A stretch of 64,000 nt of DNA from a virus: the IMG/VR virus record IMGVR_UViG_3300019776_000213, positions 1 to 64,000 of that record. The stretch is one strand, 5' to 3'. Positions 59,918-64,000 of the stretch are shown here, in pieces (within the stretch, counting starts at the first letter, position 1; each line of letters opens with the position of its first letter). A program made the position numbers and the translations under genes. The notes below the pieces were generated by a model. That model searched no databases. It was not told the origin of the DNA and was given only the letters and a program-made list of their open reading frames with translations.

Positions 59918-60217
59918 ATGGAACAATTGATTGCTAATATAGAAGAAGCTTTGAAAGATCATTCTCGTTGGGAGGAAGTATCAAGTAAAATAGGGGTTGT
60001 TATTAAGGATAATAATACAGGAGTTGAGTTCGGATTACATGTTGTAGGTGCTGTATCGTATAACCCTTACTTTAAATTTGTTTTAATGTACGGTGGAATA
60101 GTAATAGAAGTCAATAATCAATATGTGTCAGATTTGATGAAACATTTTAATAAGAAGAGAGATGAAAAGAGATTAGTACCACTTATGGAAATATATTGCC
60201 CTAAGGAATTTAAATAA
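59918..60217 (+). CDS. Hypothetical protein (paralog family with 61364 and 61675)
   Basis: I...L/FKD..RW motif; promoter TTGCTT-16-TATAAT at 59859-59886. Confidence 0.6.
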   Translation: MEQLIANIEEALKDHSRWEEVSSKIGVVIKDNNTGVEFGLHVVGAVSYNPYFKFVLMYGGIVIEVNNQYVSDLMKHFNKKRDEKRLVPLMEIYCPKEFK

Positions 60218-60570
60218 TGTACAGCATAGTGCTAATCTTATTATTGTTCATATTCCTAATCCCACCTCCATTGTCAGGATTGGTAGTACTATTTATGTTT
60301 CTTATAATAGCTCCATTCTACACATTAGGATTCCTATTTGGAGTGTGGGCTTTGTATTCATTGATGAAGAAGTGGATGGGGAGGTGATATGAATAAAGTA
60401 ATTGTTATTAGGGAAGTTAGTGGAAAAGCTTGTGAAGGGTGTATTGTTAATGGTTGGAGTGATTGCGGAAAGTTTGTAGAGGGTATGGTTGATAATGGAG
60501 TTGGAGATTGTGTTAGTGTTATAGATGGTCAGTTTGTTAATTATATTTACACTGTTGTGAAAGAAGAATC

Positions 60571-60909
60571 ATGATAATCTCAATAGACTACGACGACACA
60601 TACACCAAAGACCCTATCTTGTGGAATAACTTTATTATTCAAGCTAGGAATAGAGGGCATACAGTATACTGTATCACAGCAAGAGATGAAGAATACTCTG
60701 GAGAGGAAGTAAAAGAAGTTTTAAAAGGACTTGTTGATGGGATATTCTTTACGAACCAAGCACCTAAAGAGGCTTATATGCTGAAGTATCATGATATTGT
60801 TATTAATTGTTGGATTGATGATAATCCTAGAAGTATTATAAGTAGGAGTAAGAATAACAAAGATGTATACTACTCTAACAAACTTGGCTACTACGAAGAG
60901 GAGAAATAA
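60571..60909 (+). CDS. HAD-superfamily phosphatase-like protein
   Basis: IDYDDT, ITAR, K, WIDD. Confidence 0.7.
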   Translation: MIISIDYDDTYTKDPILWNNFIIQARNRGHTVYCITARDEEYSGEEVKEVLKGLVDGIFFTNQAPKEAYMLKYHDIVINCWIDDNPRSIISRSKNNKDVYYSNKLGYYEEEK

Positions 60910-60910
60910 A

Positions 60911-61146
60911 ATGTCATTAGAATTTATTGTTGGTTACTTAGTGGTATGCTTTATCTATTATTTGCTAATGCTCTTATTCAGCTATAAAACTAGAGATGAG
61001 ATAACATTAGGGGATGTACTTGGTTGGCTTATTTTCTGCTACCTACCTATTGCAAATATATATATGTATTTCCACTATTAGTTGTGCTTGATAGACTTAG
61101 CGGTGACTGGACTGAAATTGTAGTGTTTTCTAAGGATAAGAAATGA
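60911..61146 (+). pseudogene. Membrane protein frameshifted at an (AT)5 tract
   Basis: Removing one AT at 61056-61065 restores a C-terminus like the downstream paralog. Confidence 0.55.
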
Positions 61147-61364
61147 TGGAAATATTAATTTACATAGCAGTCTGTACAATAATTACTTTAACATCTTTAT
61201 ATTTCTGGGTAGAAGCTTTTGAGGAGTTATCTATAGGAGCTATTCTATTTTGTGCGATATTCTGCTTTATACCAGTACTGAACTACTTTATAGTAATATT
61301 GTGGCTACCATTAGTTTTTATTAAGTTGGATAAGATTGTTATTTTTAGGAAGGAGAAGAAATAA
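61143..61364 (+). CDS. Small membrane protein
   Basis: Hydrophobic; paralog of 60911. Confidence 0.6.
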   Translation: MMEILIYIAVCTIITLTSLYFWVEAFEELSIGAILFCAIFCFIPVLNYFIVILWLPLVFIKLDKIVIFRKEKK

Positions 61365-61687
61365 TGTTATTAAGTAAAGAAACAGAGCAAGCTATTATTG
61401 ATAGCTTTAAAGACTTAGACCGTTGGGAGCTTGTTAAAGGATATGAAGCTAGGGACGGAGGGTCATTAGGTATAATGATGCGATATTGCTATTCTTCCTT
61501 ATGGAGGGATAAGATTACTGGAACTATTATGGAATTTGAATCAGATAAGCTTGTATTTATTGATACATTGGAAATAAAACTAGGTGATAGTAGTATTCCT
61601 CTATACGCAAAGTATATGATTGAAGGTAAAGATTACTTGAAATTACAAGCCGTTGTAGATTCTATCAATAAGAAGTGGAGTATTTAA
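61364..61687 (+). CDS. Hypothetical protein (tandem paralog)
   Basis: AIIDSFKDLDRW..DKITG. Confidence 0.65.
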   Translation: MLLSKETEQAIIDSFKDLDRWELVKGYEARDGGSLGIMMRYCYSSLWRDKITGTIMEFESDKLVFIDTLEIKLGDSSIPLYAKYMIEGKDYLKLQAVVDSINKKWSI

Positions 61688-62010
61688 TGATAAAAGAATT
61701 ACAGCTGGGAGAAGGCCTAGAAGCTATCATTATTGAAAGTTTTAATGATATTAATAGATGGGATAATATATCTAGCTACGAATCAAAAACAAGGAAAGAT
61801 GTATTGTATGAGCCTTTCCATATGCTTTCTACTGTTTATGTTGACAGTGTTACAGGTTCTGTAATAGAGCTTCACCATAGTGGTGTTAAGGTGGATTATA
61901 TAAGTGCTAGTAAGAAGCTTTCAGATGCATTCCATGAGATGATAAATAAGAAATCTATTAGTAAGCAAGAAGAGTTACTTAAGAATTTAAAGAGTAAATG
62001 GAATGCTTAA
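61675..62010 (+). CDS. Hypothetical protein (tandem paralog)
   Basis: AIIIESFNDINRW..DSVTG. Confidence 0.65.
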   Translation: MEYLMIKELQLGEGLEAIIIESFNDINRWDNISSYESKTRKDVLYEPFHMLSTVYVDSVTGSVIELHHSGVKVDYISASKKLSDAFHEMINKKSISKQEELLKNLKSKWNA

Positions 62011-62732
62011 ATTTTAATCAAATAGTGCTGTGGATAACTTTTATTATCTTCAGCTATTTGTAGTCATCTTCAAACCTACTAAAAGCCATTATAATGTTTC
62101 TTTAAAGAATCTTTCTAGGAAATATTATGGTGGCTTATTCTTTATTACTTCTTCAAAATTCTGTTCTGAATTTTATCTTATTTCATATCTGAAACATTCT
62201 ATTCTGTATTGATTTCAATACAGCTTATTAGGTGTTTCTGTCTCAAGATGGTAATATATAATTAATTTTAAGGTCATACTTAGTGCTGTATTTGTTGTAA
62301 GGATATTGACAAAATATCTTAAATATGAGTGCTAATCGAGCCACTTTGGTACTCAATATAATATCATAGTATTAACTATCATCAATTACTATTTCATAGC
62401 TATAATCTATTAAAATATTTCTTCTGAGTAATTTTATTGTAAATTTTAGTGCTGATAGCTGGCAAATATCTATGGTGAAAATACCAGATATTGTGAGTTT
62501 TATTTGCAGAATTTTATTATAAAAATTTTTAGATTGTGACTATGTTTGTTACTATTTGGAAATTATTTGGTTAGAATATCTATAGGATAATGTGCTAGAT
62601 TTAGCTATGAGAGTGCTCGTTTTAGACATTTTAAGTTTGCTATTTGTGTGGCAGTGCTGAGACGTATTGGTGGTTTAACAGGCACCGCCACCCTTCTTAT
62701 CAAAATAATTATAATTTCAAAATATCCTTTAA

Positions 62733-62745
62733 AATCAAATAGTTA
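62733..62745 (+). promoter_or_regulatory. IHF consensus site
   Basis: AATCAAATAGTTA = WATCAANNNNTTR with an upstream A/T tract. Confidence 0.5.
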
Positions 62746-63203
62746 GATATCCTTTAGCACGTAATAAACAAATGTTTTGTTCGTGTTAGACCTACTGCTG
62801 CCTTGATAGTCTCTCCCTATCGCTGGATAGAGCCTCACTAGAACGCTGTATAAGGCGTTGATACTCATCTGGCTACTACCCTATTACCTACCCTTAGAAC
62901 TCGTCTCCTAGAGCCTATACGCAAGCCGCATATGCAGAGTAATGGCATCTGGTAGCTATAAACTGCTACTATCCTGCCAGCGCATAGCAGAATGTTGCTC
63001 ACTCAATAACATTCATGATAGATAATTGCAATCGTGTTGCAGATAATGATAGATTCGCAGTGATAGGGATTCTCAGTTATGCGGGGAGGACCTCGATTGC
63101 CCTCTCGCATTATTATAAAGACTGCGTTTTATATTTTAGGTCACGTGACCTATTATTGCTAAGAAGCAATTTAACATCAAGGTAACCATGCAGGATGATA
63201 GAG

Positions 63204-63288
63204 TTATCCACAGGACACTATAAAGTTATCCACAGCTATCACATACTTATCCACAGATATTACTAAGTTATCCACATAGTTATGCACA
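63204..63288 (+). repeat. Array of DnaA boxes
   Basis: TTATCCACA at 63204, 63226, 63247, 63268; TTATGCACA at 63280. Confidence 0.85.
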
Positions 63289-63632
63289 GGCTACAACATA
63301 ACATACCTGACAGGATACCTTGTCGGTGTCACTGCTATACTCACTTATACATTGCTATACTTTGATATACATCTGTACATATGACATGATAACACAATGC
63401 CTCGTATAAGCCTTTAAATACCCTTTACAGAAGACTTACACCATGCTGCTATGATTCCCTAGCCTATGCTATTTAAATTGATTATAGGCTGTTCTGACAA
63501 GCCATATGATTGATATCCACCGTCATACTAAATGAATTGCATAGATGACTGGAACATTGAGAGATATGCTAAAGCATAAAAGAAAAGCCCACCGATTAGG
63601 GCAGGCTTTATTATGAAGATTGTAGGACTGAA

Positions 63633-63989
63633 TTATTCAGGCAATTTAAAGAAGCATGATGCAGGGATGTCTCGATACTTATCATTGAATATCACTTTAT
63701 AATAAAGCTCCTCGCCATCACTTGATGGGTAATGGGTCTTATACAGCACAGTGTACTTCTTGCCAAGCTCCCCACCATACTTATTATCACATAACACCAC
63801 TTGCAACACTGGCATTCCCATCTCTTCAGGGCTAGCAGGTCTAAACAATGTATGACTAAATGCATTGTGAGTATACCCTTTATCATTCTTGACCACATAA
63901 TGACCAGAAGTTGCATTGACAAATACTTCTTGCATCACTTCATAACACTTACCCAGCGTGAGATAATACCCTGAATCTTCAGTATTCAT
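63633..63989 (-). CDS. Hypothetical protein with two SH3-like repeats
   Basis: LGKCYEV..Y.V.ND and LGKKYTV..YKV..ND. Confidence 0.55.
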   Translation of the reverse strand: MNTEDSGYYLTLGKCYEVMQEVFVNATSGHYVVKNDKGYTHNAFSHTLFRPASPEEMGMPVLQVVLCDNKYGGELGKKYTVLYKTHYPSSDGEELYYKVIFNDKYRDIPASCFFKLPE

Positions 63990-64000
63990 ACACCCTACAT

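Noticed and set aside
62030-62212. 60-aa ORF in the terminal non-coding tract
   Set aside because: GTG start inside a DnaA box, no SD, low-complexity T-rich sequence
63204-63288. CRISPR mini-array or Rep iterons
   Set aside because: Repeat is 9-11 bp with about 12-bp gaps and equals the DnaA box; no cas or rep gene

Overview
The whole window is part of an AT-rich, apparently lytic tailed-phage genome (siphovirus-type tail; no integrase or repressor seen). Plus strand 1-29.7 kb: early/middle block with many small accessory ORFs, ThyX, ATP-dependent ligase, T7-like primase-helicase, family A DNA polymerase, SSB, 5'-3' exonuclease, nucleotide pyrophosphohydrolases, NrdB/NrdA/glutaredoxin and homing endonucleases. 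Minus strand 29.8-54.5 kb: late block with terminase, portal, S49 protease, scaffold, decoration, lambda-E-like capsid, neck/tail, frameshifted tail chaperones, tape measure, fibres and lysis genes, led by a non-coding tRNA region. 54.5-62 kb: PhoH, ClpP-like and accessory genes. 62.0-63.6 kb: non-coding, with phased DnaA boxes. Best candidate for an undescribed system: a ~100-nt minus-strand hairpin RNA in the tRNA transcript (53321-53424) whose loop (GUUUUUCUCCUCCUCUCCUUA) is complementary to the AAGGAGA Shine-Dalgarno used by most plus-strand genes, while late structural genes mostly use AAGGAA and none uses AAGGAGA. This suggests an anti-SD translational early-to-late switch. Other highlights: a ~375-nt pseudoknotted ncRNA, a YefM-antitoxin-mimic segment, a DnaA-box array with an IHF site, and a hidden 35-aa peptide coupled to a membrane protein before the lysis genes. 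All family calls come from motif recognition by eye, not database searches.
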